Positions 39,458 through 51,630 of a stretch of DNA of 64,000 nucleotides are shown here, piece by piece. Origin of the DNA: Tubulanus polymorphus (taxonomy: Eukaryota > Animalia > Nemertea); the NCBI RefSeq assembly GCF_964204645.1, contig NC_134025.1:19009101-19073100 (forward strand), given 5' to 3'. Under the pieces are notes generated by a model that ran no database searches, was not told where the DNA came from, and saw nothing but the letters and a program-made list of their open reading frames with translations. The position numbers and the translations under genes were made by a program. The stretch's first letter is position 1; every line of letters begins with the position of its first letter.

Positions 39458-39790
39458 CGCTGTTGTTACCTGTAGGTGACTGTACGGTGATTTCTACAGG
39501 TTAGCCGTATGTGAGTACGTTGACGCTCAGACTTGCAATATTGGGATTCGAAACCAAATGAAAAAAAAATCCAGTAGTAGTCCAGTGATTTACCCACTGT
39601 GCCACAGAACATAACTGCAGGGTGGATAAAATTTGATTTACAAATAGCCTAGCCTCACCTAACCCAAACTCTATTCTTTCACGCATGCACGTTTGCAGAT
39701 TATAGGAACTCACTTACGGCGTTTTTAGGGAACTCACGAATGGTTTTCCTGTGGATATCACCGTACAGTCATGTACGGGTAACAACTTCG
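39458..39790. mobile_element. Mutator-like MITE, 9-bp TSD
   Basis: TACTTAAAA at 39449-39457 and 39791-39799; ~35-bp TIR CG..GTTGTTACC.GTA..TGACTGTACGGTGAT. Confidence 0.85.
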
Positions 39791-40599
39791 TACTTAAAAT
39801 GGTATTGGCTACTAGGAACTCACATACGGCGTTAGTAGTAGCTTCCACACTTCACAACCGAACCAACTGACCAACCAGTATATTTAGTCCCAGTACGCAC
39901 CAACCGGCACAGGCCTAACACTGTTTGTCAACTGCGTGTACCGTAGTAGGCTATCGATAATCACCTGATACTTTTCTGTCGTTTGTTTTCTCTCTGAGAC
40001 GAACGTAATTCTAGTAGTCATCCGCAACTCATTGACCTTGATTTAAACTTAATCAATTCAAAATCTGTTTATTGACGCTTTTGGTTACATGAACTGATCA
40101 GCAATATACTTAAATGAAATAACCGGAATAACAAGAAATCAAAAATAAGAGGTTACAAACAAATGCCCGTAAACCTGTCAGACACGCGAACGCCGGACTC
40201 GTATACTCTTGGACTCGACCCGCTGAGCAATGAATTCATAAAATTGACTTTGAAATTGATTGTGGAGAAGAGAGGGAATTATTCGATAGCTCTTCCTCGA
40301 AAAGAAGAGAGAAATGTCGGAAAGAAAACACAACATGGCTACTAATTGCACGGAGCCAAATTTCTGATGTTTACGGCTCGACAGTGCCTTTATAACGTGT
40401 ATTTATCAAAATTCCCATGCAGTATCTGGAGATTGAAGTGAGCTGAAGGATGTCATACGGATTGTATCAGCGACAGCGGTAAGGTAAGGAAGCCTTTACA
40501 CTTTTAACAAAAACTGTGTGGAAAAGGGAAAAAAAAAAATATAGCTGCAAAGCAGCGATAACGGGTTTTCTGCACAGTCTTAGAATCCTGTTCAATGGT

Positions 40600-41010
40600 T
40601 AACACAGTTTTATAAGAGGAAGCTCGACAAACAGTCAATTAGACCTACTTTAAACCATGGACAACTGGACCAGATGGTCCTATTTGACTCTTGAAAATCG
40701 ACTGTTAGGGGATAATTTCTCTTTATGATTTCAACAAAGCATTTGATAAGGTACAACATCAGCCATTACTAAACAAGGCTATTAGGAAACAGTATCAATG
40801 ATAGGTCGCCGAAATGGCTCAGCATTATCTCTGAACGAAAACTTGTAGCCGAAATCAACGGAGCGCCTCATCTTGGAATAAGTCGGTCTAACTAGTGGAG
40901 TCACGCAAGGTAGTATCCTAAGTCGTCTTCTGTTTAATGTCCTGACAAATGACATACACAGTATTCCCAAATGTACCAGACCGAGTAAATTTCCAAAACG
41001 ACCTTAACAC
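40600..41010 (+). mobile_element. degenerate CR1/L2-type LINE RT fragment
   Basis: hand translation gives DFNKAFDKVQHQPLLNK (~40725) and TSGVTQGSILSRLLFNVLTNDI (~40891). Confidence 0.8.
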
Positions 41011-41029
41011 GCTGTTGACCAAAGAGAAT

Positions 41030-41505
41030 CTTGTTCGAATGAAAACAATTCTGTTTGATCAAACAATACGCTTTTTGTTTGTACCAAAACTTTTCATTCT
41101 GAAAGCTTTGTTATTGTTGAAATGAAAAACTTTTTGTCCCGGCAAAAAAATTTGGTTGAGCGAAAACAATTTTTTCAAACGAATGTTTGAATGAAAACAA
41201 TTCTGTTCGATTGAACGAAATACTTAATACTTTTGGTTCGGAGAAAAAACTTTTTACAATATACTTGTTCGAACGAAAAACTTAATGTTCTGACAAGAAA
41301 ATTCTGTTCAAATTTAAACGATTCTGTTCGATCGAACGATTGTTTCGAGCGAAAAACCTTTAGTTTGGACAAAAAAAGTTTGTTCAACTATGTTCTAACG
41401 ATTTTTACAAATTGGTCCAATCGAACAGAATATTATTGGTTGGAACGAAATCAACTTTGTTCCGACGAAAGAATTTTCAAGCGAAAGGTCTTTTGAACGA
41501 AAAAA
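41030..41505. repeat. degenerate ~20-bp minisatellite (ttgttcgaacgaaaac-like)
   Basis: recurring TTCGA/CGAAAA motifs with A/T spacers. Confidence 0.65.
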
Positions 41506-41538
41506 AAAAGATATTTCTGGGGCTCCGCAGTAACTTAA

Positions 41539-41866
41539 AGCCGGACATAGGTCAGCCTTGTGACGCGATGCGATCCTCGTGTTGCATCGCAAGTTTCGGT
41601 GCAAGTCGGTTGCCAAACGATTGTCAGCGACTGTGTGCGACTAGTTTCTGCCAGTCGCAAGAGCGCGTAGGTTGGTTGTGACAGTCGTGTCGCGTCGCAG
41701 AAAGTAGAACACGTGCGACTCCTTGTGACTGTAGTTGCTGAAAGTCGCAACCCGTCGCAAGGGAGCGTAGGTCGATGAGTCGTTGCGACACAATCGTTGC
41801 TGGCGGTCGCAGTGATTGGCGTCGCAGTGAGTCACAAGCCGTCGCAAGGCCGACCTTCGCCCGGCT
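41539..41866. mobile_element. Harbinger-like MITE rich in GTCGCA/TGCGAC
   Basis: imperfect TIR AGCCGG.C..AGGTC.GCCTTG.GACG; TAA on both flanks. Confidence 0.8.
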
Positions 41867-43891
41867 TAAGTCATTAGGAATTAATGAAATACCACTTTCA
41901 TTTATGATGAAAAAACTCAAATGAAAAGTCTGGCTTATAAAGCTGTCTGCTCAGACGAAATTTTCAAAAAAATCTTCATTTTTGGCAATAAAATTGATAA
42001 TTGTGATTGATCGTTGCAAGTCACAACCAGTTAATCACTAATTAACATGCATTTTAATAAATCTGATTCCTCCTTCACAGTGGACTTAGCTTTAACCTAT
42101 TAGAGGCTACTAGCCTATGTAGGCCTATGTATATGCGTAGGCCTAACATCCGGACAGATTGGTCGTAGGCCTATTGAATAACAACCCTCCTAAATATCGT
42201 AAATTTTGCTTTGAAGTTCAATCCAATGAGTCCGTTAATAAACGCAACAATTATACTGCGTTTGTTTGAGACAGTAAAGCTCAGTACCGGTAGGCCTAAA
42301 GCCGCGTAAAACTCGATAAACACTTCAAGCGACACAGCGAACGCTTACTCTGAATGTCAAGTGTGAGTCCAGCATACGGAAAGGAGTGTGTTATATACTT
42401 GTATTTAGTAAATACCTTGTGCATTTGACAATGATAGGTATGTACTGAGTATAGAGTATTGATGGTATTGATATAGAGGTTGAAGCCCGCTGCCAAATAA
42501 AGTAATATATTCTTTTATTTTGATACCTCGTCGACATAACAGCTTTTCTCCGCTATATCTCTTCGGCATGTTTAGTTTAGTCCTACGACTCCCCGGTACA
42601 CTTATGATTTATCTAGTAAATACACAGTTAATTTGGTAAAGAAAAATAGGTATTGCTAAACTAACTGCTTGAAGTCCGCAGCCAAATCACTGGTAGTAAT
42701 AAATTAATTTGTACTCGATTTGATTCTCATGATGAGGAGAAACTTGCAGCTGATTCCCAGAACGACAATGTAGTGACACACGTCGATTTGTCGATGTTTA
42801 CGGCTCGACAGTGCTTTTAAAATCTAAAGTAGTAAATTTCCTGTGTATCGGTAATATGATTTGATGAGGAAAATGGGCTATTGTTAAAATTAGTTTTTAA
42901 AAACCGCGACAGAATGTGCAATCTTTGGGTAACAAATTTGTTAATTTATGCTTGAATTGATAATCGATGTGACAAGAAACGTGTGGTAGATTTTGGAAAG
43001 ACGACTTAGAAAAACATGTCGGCTCTTTGAATGGGGCTCAATTTTCGATGTTTACGGCCCGACAGTGCTTTTGTAACTATGATTCTTCAAAATACGCACG
43101 GAGTATTTGTAGATCGAAGTGAGCTGAATGATATCAGACGGATTGTATCGGCAACAGTGGTAATGTAAATAAGCCTATGTACTTTTGACAAAAAAAGTGT
43201 GGAAAAAAATAATACTAATAATAATAAGAAACACGTGAATCTCAATAGGGTTTTCTGTGATGTAACAGAAAACCCTAATAATCACGCGAATTTCAATAGG
43301 GTCTTCTGTGAAGAAACAGAAAACCCTAATGAACATTATCGCCACATATATCAGCCTATGTCATCTTAACTATTTTAAAACTTGTTACATCATTACTATG
43401 TAAAATCTTTCTGTAAAGCTTTGAATACTAGATCATCCTTCTTCTACTGCATCACGAAGGTATAAGTCTTGTGGGCCTCTTGTTTCAATTTTACCAGAGT
43501 TCTTTATTGGAGGAAAGTATCATTCTTATGTTCGCCAAGAAAAACCACGTTGTATCATCAATCAGTTGACTTACAGTTTCAGGGCTGCCAACCTTCCGAT
43601 CATCACCGTTATCTATTATGGTACCATCCATTATATTACAGCATTACGGCGAAGTGAGAAAAAATTACGGTGACGTAGACACATCGTTGCGGTTTATGGG
43701 TGGAGCTAAATTGTCTAGTTTTCATAAGCTATTGGGTTTGAATCCCATTATAACCATATTTGTGCAGCATACGAAAAAAGTACTGCAGCGGATTCGGGTG
43801 GCTTGAGTAATAAGCAGGGTTGATACGGCCAGCTTGAGTGGTAATGTGTTAATGCCCATCTGTGTAACTAACTCCTGATCATGGGTTTCAG

Positions 43892-43996
43892 TTATATGAA
43901 GATGAAAAAGTGGAATGTGAGCGGTTAAGGAATGACATACGTCGGTTGCAACAAGAATCCGTCGATAATAAAACAAAAGCTGATGAATTGAAAAAG
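43892..43996 (+). CDS. PPP1R12A: MYPT coiled-coil exon (LYEDEKVECERLRNDIRRLQQESVDNKTKADELKK)
   Basis: gtttcag acceptor, AAG|gtattt donor, phase 0/0; homologous to LYEQILAENEKLK…. Confidence 0.9.
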
Positions 43997-44100
43997 GTAT
44001 TTTACTACAGCACAGAAGAAGCAAATTTTAAAAATGGTTTTGTGTCATATAAGAAAATGTATGTTGCCTTGTGGGTGTATATTTGATGTATTTTTTGCAG

Positions 44101-44151
44101 GAGAAACGGGCATTGGAAAGAAAGTTGTCTGAGAAAGAAGAGGAAATAAAG
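44101..44151 (+). CDS. PPP1R12A: MYPT exon (EKRALERKLSEKEEEIK)
   Basis: ttttttgcag acceptor, AAG|gtgatt donor; matches MYPT1 ERRALERRISEMEEELK. Confidence 0.95.
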
Positions 44152-45389
44152 GTGATTAAATTATCTAGTTCAACAAAACCTTTTTGAATCCACGTTTGTA
44201 AGAGTTAGTGTTTCAGCGTGTCGCCCCATCTTGCTGTGTCCACAACATTGTGACCCGTATTTGGTTTGTGTAGTTAGGCAGCGTCATAGTTGCATAGCCT
44301 GGCAACCATTTAAGTTGAATAATTCATTGTCACAGTGGTAGTAGCAGCACTTAAAAACAACTTGCCATATGTTTTCTTCTATCTAGACATTCACCTTTCT
44401 TAAATATTCTTAGCTTATTGAGCTCTTTATCGGACTTTTTGATATGGGTAGTGCGACCAAATATTTGCCAAAAAGAAAAAGAACGGTATGAATTGATTTT
44501 CATTATTGAATTTATTATTCCGAAATGCATGACCTGCAGATGAGCATCATTGATAATCAAACTAGATAACATACACGATTTTGGTATGAAGATCAGGTGT
44601 TTAGAATCAAAACTCATGTCAGCATTCTGGAGACGACCTTTGCACCTAATAATCCCCGCGTCGTCTATGTATAATTGTAGTTGATTAACTACGGATAATT
44701 TCTTTATCTTTGTGCCACTAGTCAAATCCTGCATTATCTCGGCAAACAAAGCGGACTGAAAATATTTGATTATCAATTTTTCAGCATTCACGATTTCTGA
44801 TGACGATAGTGGTCCATGATTTCGATCCTTTTTTATTGATTTAAGGTTATGAATAAAGCATAAAGCCAGAGCCATGACATTTACCAACTCAGGTAGCTGT
44901 GAACTATTCGATGCCCTGCACCGAAAATTAAAATTGGCATTTTCCTTGAGTGATCTCGCTTCTTTATAGAACTGAATTACATCTGACAAAGAGTCTACGC
45001 TTGTACTATTATTGTCGACATATATATCTCGTAAAAGGTTATTCATAAATTTACCTTCGAAATTGTTTCTAAGATGATATATAATTGTACTATATAGCAT
45101 AAACGGCGAACATGTCGCACCGAAAAGAACTCTCTTAAAGCGATAAACCTCAAACGTACTTTCAGTGTCTTCCGAATCACTAAGCCAGAGTAAACGCGTA
45201 GAATCTCGATCCGATTTATCTAAACCAACGTGTAAAAACGCTTTTTTGATATCAGTGGTTACTGCGCAGTCAAATAATCGAAATCGTATGAGAATAGAAG
45301 TGAGTTCATTGACTCCAAACAATCATTCAAACTAAATGAGTTTTCGGAAGAACGACAACTACAGTCAAATACTATATGGATAGGTTTAG

Positions 45390-46228
45390 TACTAGTCAGT
45401 AACCTGTCTGTGGTTTAGTTTCACGATCGGATATTTTCACAAACCAGTCAGGAATGGGAAGGTAATTTTTCAATGAAATATTCGTCAGCCAATTTGACCG
45501 ACGAGTAATTTGCCTGGCATTTCATTGTCTCTTAAGATATCCGTCTGATTTTTGTTATAATCGACGCACAACAGATTCGTAGTTTGTGTGATACCTATAA
45601 CACCTCACCCGACGATCTTAATCCATGTGCAAATTGGCCGTAAAGTGAGAGTAAATTTCCGTCGAGTCAACAGCTGCCAATTTGAAAATTACTGGAGGGT
45701 GTTGGCACCTGTGGACTGAGGCCAGGACAACAGCACAAACTAACGAAGCGAAACGACGAAATTGAAAAAATTAAGAAATCAACACTAATTCACATTTTTC
45801 TTCATCCAGAATTTATTATTTCATTATTTATCATGGAAAGCACGAAGATTTGAAATAGATGTTGGAAAACCATCAAAAATAAAAATTATCGTTTCGTCTT
45901 GGAAGTTTTATATAAATCCTTGTCTATCATGCCACATATATGCAATACACAGAAATGGCAGCCAATGGCGAAATTTGTGGAGAAATCAATTAATTTCTCA
46001 AAATAATGTTGATTAATCACTCGAAACATACATAAAATTGGATTATTTCGAAAGGTACCTCTGTAGTTTGTGAATTAAGCCATTAATTGTGGACTGAAGT
46101 GAATAGAAAGTATATTTTTGAAGTGTTACTTTTTTCAACCGTGTTATGGCCCTTGTCATCCCTAACATTGGTATAAGCCCATCTGATTATAAAGAGCTTA
46201 CCACCATCGATTAGGTAACTAACTAGTG
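45390..46228. mobile_element. CACTA/EnSpm-like non-autonomous element in BEL pol
   Basis: ends (T/C)ACTAGT.AGT.ACCT, 3-bp TAG duplication; BEL reading resumes on both sides. Confidence 0.75.
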
Positions 46229-47234
46229 TAGTATTAGACTCTCGAAATACGGCATGATGCAGAATATAATGAAGAATCCCTAAATCATCAATAGGATCAG
46301 GGTAGGTCACCTCAATGAAGTCGCGTTCTAATTGATATTTGATTATCCCATCGTAACTCTCTAACAACGAAGATTGAAACAGACGCCGAGCGAATGATCT
46401 TGTACGGCCGTTTGCTACCGAGTAATTTGATGGTGAAGGACCATAACCCACTCTCCACGGGAGTTTTGCCTGATAGATACCTCCTTCTTTAGAAATAGAA
46501 CTATTTAGATATTCCTCTAAAAAATTGGAAGTTTCGTCAACTGGAGGCATGATGCCTCAAATATCTAATGACCAGAATCGGTCAAGATTATAAGAATCAG
46601 GCTCTGATACTACATGTAACATGCTAACATTACTAGAACTACCATTATTCCTAGGCCCAGTTATAACATAACCGAGTTTAGTTGGAACCGCTACTGGACC
46701 ATCGCTAGACCGTACTGTGCCTTCAGTCTCAATAAAATTGTAGTAATAATCACTTCCGATTAATACAGAAATGCCGATGTGATCTGAAGCGTAATGTATG
46801 GGTTTTGCGAATAAGACCTTTAAATTCATTAATTGTTTCAATATCAGAAGGCACAGGTAATGGTTTAGTTATGGCCGGTATAACTATTGCTTCGACTTTT
46901 AAAGTAGATCCATCTGTACATATTATGTTAATCTCTACAATATCGACTTTCCTGTTCGTAGTCGAAGTTGCCCCAAAAGAACACAAATTCAAATCTGCAT
47001 TTTTGATAATCTGTAATTTTAGAAGATTTGATAACTCTTCCGCAACAAATGATCTTTGCGACCCATCATCGAAAAGGATGTTGGCAAAGTAATGTTCCTC
47101 GGGTCCCGTTACCCAACAGCAGTTTTTAAATGAACTGGAATTGTTTGAACTGTATTAACGGCTACTGAAATGTAAACATTTTCAATAGACGTTTCTGATT
47201 TCACGTAAGAATTGGATTCACGATTGGTAGAACA

Positions 47235-47730
47235 CTATATCCGTGTTGACGCGATGAGGAGAGAATCCCACAATGATAATAAAAAGTCCGAAAATGAAAC
47301 TTCGAGATAGTAGTTTATTTCAACGTTTCGACTATATCCTAATAGTCATCTTCAGGAATAATGAGATACTACAGAAATTATGAGATATATATACAATCCA
47401 GAGACAAAGAGACTAATTCAAGTAATCAGAGATGATACAAACTAAAAGAAAATTAACGTAGAAACAGTTACACGCTAAAATAGATTAAAGGGAAGCAAAC
47501 TAAGGGGTAATTATAAACAACAATAGTGAGTATAAATATAAATGAAACTTAAAGTCAGTAGTAAAAAGAAAGACAAACTAGGGGGCACTTAAATTAAAAC
47601 AAAGGTGAATACAAGTTAAGTCAGAGACGAAATTGATGAGAGAACAAATAACAAATAATCAAGGGGGAAATCAAGTGTTGAGTTTAACCAGTTTACAGAG
47701 GAATTTTGATATAAGTTTATTTAACGGTCT
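47235..47730 (-). mobile_element. Penelope-like 3' fragment inserted in BEL gag-protease region
   Basis: hammerhead motif followed by AATAAA, T-rich 3' UTR, ORF tail ending LNKLISKFLCKLVKLNT*; interrupts BEL coding sequence; boundaries approximate. Confidence 0.65.
47315..47361 (-). ncRNA. minimal hammerhead ribozyme motif of a second Penelope-like family
   Basis: minus strand ttattc-CTGAAGA-t-GACTAT-taggat-ATAGTC-GAAA-CG-TT-gaaataa. Confidence 0.8.
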
Positions 47731-48539
47731 ATTATAATTCACGCGGTCTACGGTCAAAATCAGCAACGTCACGGTTGAACTTTTGGCTTGTGTTGAATTC
47801 GAACTACTCAAAGTGTTACACGCCTCGAGAGTAAACACTTCATTCTTTATAGCCGTACGCAACGAGTCGAGGTCCTAGTCTTTATTGCCATGCTCTTTAG
47901 AAATACTCAAATTTACTTCATATGGTAATTTCGTTCGCAGAACTGGAACTAACATGGCGCCATAATTTGAAGTAGGCTTCCCTATTGAATCTAAACTCCT
48001 GATGTATTTCCCTAACTTATCGTAAAACGACCTCAACGATTTTAGATCATAGCGGGGTGCCGGTAAACTCAACAAGGATGTCATATAGACCTCAGCGATT
48101 TTATGAGTTTGCCCGAATCGGTCGTACGATAACTTTTTCGCAACGAAATAATTCACATCGGTTAACGGAACCCCGTCAAGACATTCTGAGGCTTCTCCTG
48201 TCAAATGAGTAATCAAATGACTAGATTTTTCGATCCCCGAGAGATCCGATTGCTCGTCAACTGTTGTGCAAAATAAGTCCCAGAATGACTTCCATTCTAG
48301 GAGGTTTCCTGAGAATGTCAGCAATTTTAATTTTTCGAGCATTAATCTTTTTGGAAGAGTAGTAAAATCACAGTTTGGAGGAACATTAATCGTAAGAGCT
48401 TGTACGGAATGCTCCAACACTGACAAATCAATTTTTCATTCCGACAACTAATCTTCTGACTCGGCGATAAAGTCGCAAACTTCTTTTTCTTTCGAATAAA
48501 ATTCTAATAAGTTTGAATCTAAATCGGTCATCATTTGAA

Positions 48540-50129
48540 TTTTTGGTTTACCTTTGTCAGCAGTGTGAGGTTGGCATTGAGCCAATTCATGTAAAATCGC
48601 GGTACGTTTTTTTATGTGAGCATTTTTTTCATTGGTTCTCGGGTTAAACGACGTATAATCGATGCGATTGAAGACATGATGAACCTCCGACGATGACATG
48701 GTCAACATTGTTAAAATTCGACGAAAAACTGTTTTTGGCGGGAAAATTCTCGATTGGGAGGCGTCATCTCTACGAGCGGATGTGATTGGCTGTTTTTGGG
48801 ATATACGGGGAATTCCGGCGCTACTAAAATAATTATGGGAAAGCCATTAATGGCAAGTTTCATTGGACTAGGTGCCGTATATGTGCGAATTTTAAATGCT
48901 CATTGCTGGTGAGAATATATCATTTCTACATGGTGATGCTGTAACCCTGCTTGGCGCGTGCACGTTTGGTATGATAACAGGATGAATAATCGTCGTAGCA
49001 AATGAGCGCTATTTTCAGTTTGATGGAATTTGTAATAAATTGTAATTTCTTGTGACCTGAAAATACTAAGCAGCAAACTGTAGGTATAGGCCGAGGTCTG
49101 ACTATTGTAGTGGTAAATTCCAGGATTTAAAACGATCTAATACTACGCCCCGATTTTAGCTTCCTCGGCCATACATCGGAAAAGGTTTTGTTCCCAAGAC
49201 TTTCCAAGAAATTTAAGACGTAGACCATAAACAAATGTTTATCTTTGGTCTTATTTGACTACAAAATAATTCTTTAAGAAAGATAAAATACAATATAAAC
49301 TTCTAGAACTTTGAAGTCACGAATTAAAATAATTTTTCAAGCAATGCCCTTAAGGCTGGCTTATGTCGACAAGCAACGCGACGCCTACCGACCCAACTGG
49401 GTTTATCGTCGATTAGCGGCCTACGAGAGGCCACCAGTTGCTGCTCTATCGGTTCGACATAAGCCGGCTTGCGACAGCAACTCGACGCCTACCGACTCGT
49501 CGCAAGCCGTGTGCGGCTAGTTGCCCATGTTCTACTCCGGCCTACGGTAGGCGGACAGTTGCTTTCGATCGCAGGGGTTCCAGCCAATAGGAGACCGCAT
49601 ATACATAGTACAAATTATCACAGCTAGTTAGCGTCATTCATAATTAGTCATGAACTTTCAAATTCAAGTATTTCAAAATGTAAACCAAACCTTCAGCACG
49701 GCAGATGACTGGACCGAAGATCTAGAAACGAAATTGGCAGAATTATGGTGTGAGCGGCCATCTTTATATAATGTCGCTAGCACATTGTATTCAAAACCGA
49801 ATCAGAAAGATTAAGATCTTAAAGAAATAGCTTTCTAATAGAAATATTTTTCCCAATAGTTCAAAATAATTCAAATTTATCCACAAAATGCTTATCACGT
49901 GACCATTTGAGCCGTTGCAGTTGCGGGTAATGGCAACCGACATAAGCAGGGAAGCAACTGGGAGGATTGCTGCGAATCGGAGCGCAGTCGACATAAGCTG
50001 GGCTGCGATCGCGGTTGCTCTCAGTTGCATCGGTAGGCGTTGCGTTGCTTGTCGACATAAGCCAGCCTTTACTCCAAACAACCTCTAGCTTTCAAGGTAA
50101 ACCACACTTTGCCCATGGGCAATTTATTT
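48540..50129 (+). mobile_element. HINE-E inserted in BEL gag
   Basis: both ends present; the BEL gag frame (…SMMKE / KIQMMTDLD…) resumes on each side. Confidence 0.85.
49353..50068 (+). mobile_element. PIF/Harbinger non-autonomous element with MADF/Myb-like remnant
   Basis: ~40-bp TIR AGGCTGGCTTATGTCGACAAGCAACGC; TTA TSD (empty site gcccttactcc near 6946); WTEDLETKLAELWCERPSLYNV at ~49710. Confidence 0.9.
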
Positions 50130-50290
50130 CCTTCATCATCGATACAATGGATATACCTTGCACGCTTTGCTCCTGAGATACCGCATCTCTTCCTTTCGTA
50201 AATAATTTCGTGAGGTGACTCCGATGTCCTTTCCTTGTGTTGCATAATTTTTTCTCATTGTCTTCGTCCATCTTGCTGTTTCTATTTCCT

Positions 50291-50305
50291 CGGCTCGAGG
50301 GACCA
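50291..50305 (-). promoter_or_regulatory. primer-binding site, tRNA-Tyr type
   Basis: TGGTCCCTCGAGCCG 3 nt after the LTR CA end; 1 mismatch to the complement of the tRNA-Tyr 3' end as recalled. Confidence 0.75.
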
Positions 50306-51018
50306 AAATGTCATACGGAAAATGTCCTGTTACTGTAGATCCTCCAAAGGCAGAAAAGTAACTCCAACACAGCTAGATACGAACGAAAACTGAACCCTAC
50401 TTTATTGCAGGAAAATGTTTATATACACTATAATATACATGGTTGATCACCCATGAAACTGTGATCGGTGAAATATAATACGTCACAAATACATGCTAGG
50501 ATTAATCGCATAAAGCGGAAAAAAGAGCTACAAAGCATCAATAATGGGTTTTCTGCACAGCCACACGATGCAACATTTGAAATGAAGGGAATTATAGAAA
50601 ATTCTGGTCGGGATTCGAAAAATAGAACTTTGGACTCGAGAAAATAAAAAATTTTAAGTTTTTAAAATTTGAATTTAAATTTTGAATTTTCTGTTTTCAA
50701 GGTAAATCACTTTTTGCCCATGGGTAATTCATTGCAAATATGATTGTAATTATTATTTATCCTATGAGAAATGCCCTTTTTCGGGTACCTCTCTTGGCTC
50801 TCTTCAAAATTCAAATGCTAGTTACAGCCTTGAAATTGTAGTTGTATTCAGTCACTCTTGGGATCAATCACGCGTTTTCATTGGTTTAATTTTTATGTCA
50901 CGTGATAGAAAACTTGTGTGGGGTTCGAACGCAAACATTGCCGAGACTAAGACTAAGTTCACCCACAGTCTTTTGCGCAGCAGCCACTCTTCTGTTCGCA
51001 GTGTGGATGAGAATAGCA

Positions 51019-51630
51019 ATGCCTAAGCGTGCCAGCGCGAGTAATGATAATGACGCTGATTCATCGCCGGCTACAAACAAATCGAATCAACGGTTCATCG
51101 AACTCTATTCTGAAAAGTGGCCTTGTTTAAAAACGTCTGTAAAGGGAGAATGTTTCCGTACTGTTCGACGTGCAATATTAATATATCGTGCTCTCATGGC
51201 AGGCAGTCGGATTGTCATAGGCACATAGAAAAACAAGGACACAAGGATTTGACTAAAGCACCGTTATAAACACCTTCAATCCAAACATTGTTTACTAAAA
51301 CGAAAGAAACATCTGAAGTTGCTTTAAAATGAAATATTATTAAAGCTGAAGATTGTGGTTAGTTTAATGAAAAAATGTGTTACTTATTTTTTGCAATTCA
51401 TGATCACTTCATAACAGTTTAGATTAGAATAAAAGAAAATCATTAGAAGATTGTTTATTCCATTTTAAAAGTACTCTGAGGAAGTGAAAACTACGATTTT
51501 GACTGGGAAGCAGAAGTCAAAATTACTCTTAGAAGAGTCTGAATACGATCTAGGATAAATGGCAAAAACTACTCTCTGCCTTACTACTACTAAAACTACT
51601 GGCAGCAAAAATCATGGGTAGGCAGGTCTG
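51019..51630 (+). mobile_element. hAT remnant (transposase N-terminus and right TIR)
   Basis: MPKRAS…QRFIELYSEKWPCLKTSVKGECF resembles the other hAT N-termini; ends GGCAGGTCTG; left TIR not found. Confidence 0.6.

Larger units (their letters stand above)
40537..43278 (-). mobile_element. HINE family B, nested inside another family B copy
   Basis: minus strand 5' TAGGGTTTTCTG…CAGAAAACCCTA inverted repeat, (TTA)n tract, 3' CAGAAAACCC subTIR plus GCTGCTTTGCAGC hairpin; other 3' ends near 1062, 35974, 50522. Confidence 0.72.
44351..50487 (-). mobile_element. BEL/Pao LTR retrotransposon, 3'-truncated, with nested insertions
   Basis: candidate 5' LTR 50309-50487 (TG…CA, TATATAAA, AATAAA), PBS, gag start MDEDNEKKL, DUF1759-like gag (FSGNLLEWKSFWDLF), protease LFDDGSQRSF, RT DIKKAFL/LFGATCSPF/YVDN, IRCKGRL; left boundary approximate. 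Confidence 0.92.

Noticed and set aside
39960-40050. Possible minus-strand exon of a nested gene
   Set aside because: Weak acceptor, no recognisable product and no partner exons found
41395-41920. Cluster of overlapping ORFs on both strands
   Set aside because: By-product of a GC-rich, stop-poor GTCGCA-repeat MITE
43432-43459. Possible 28-nt micro-exon (ag…GAAG|gtataa)
   Set aside because: Would break the frame between DYKK and LYE; weak pyrimidine tract
43579-43700. CAGGGCTGCCAACC left end of another 6-bp-TSD hAT
   Set aside because: No matching right TIR or TSD found, so the element cannot be delimited
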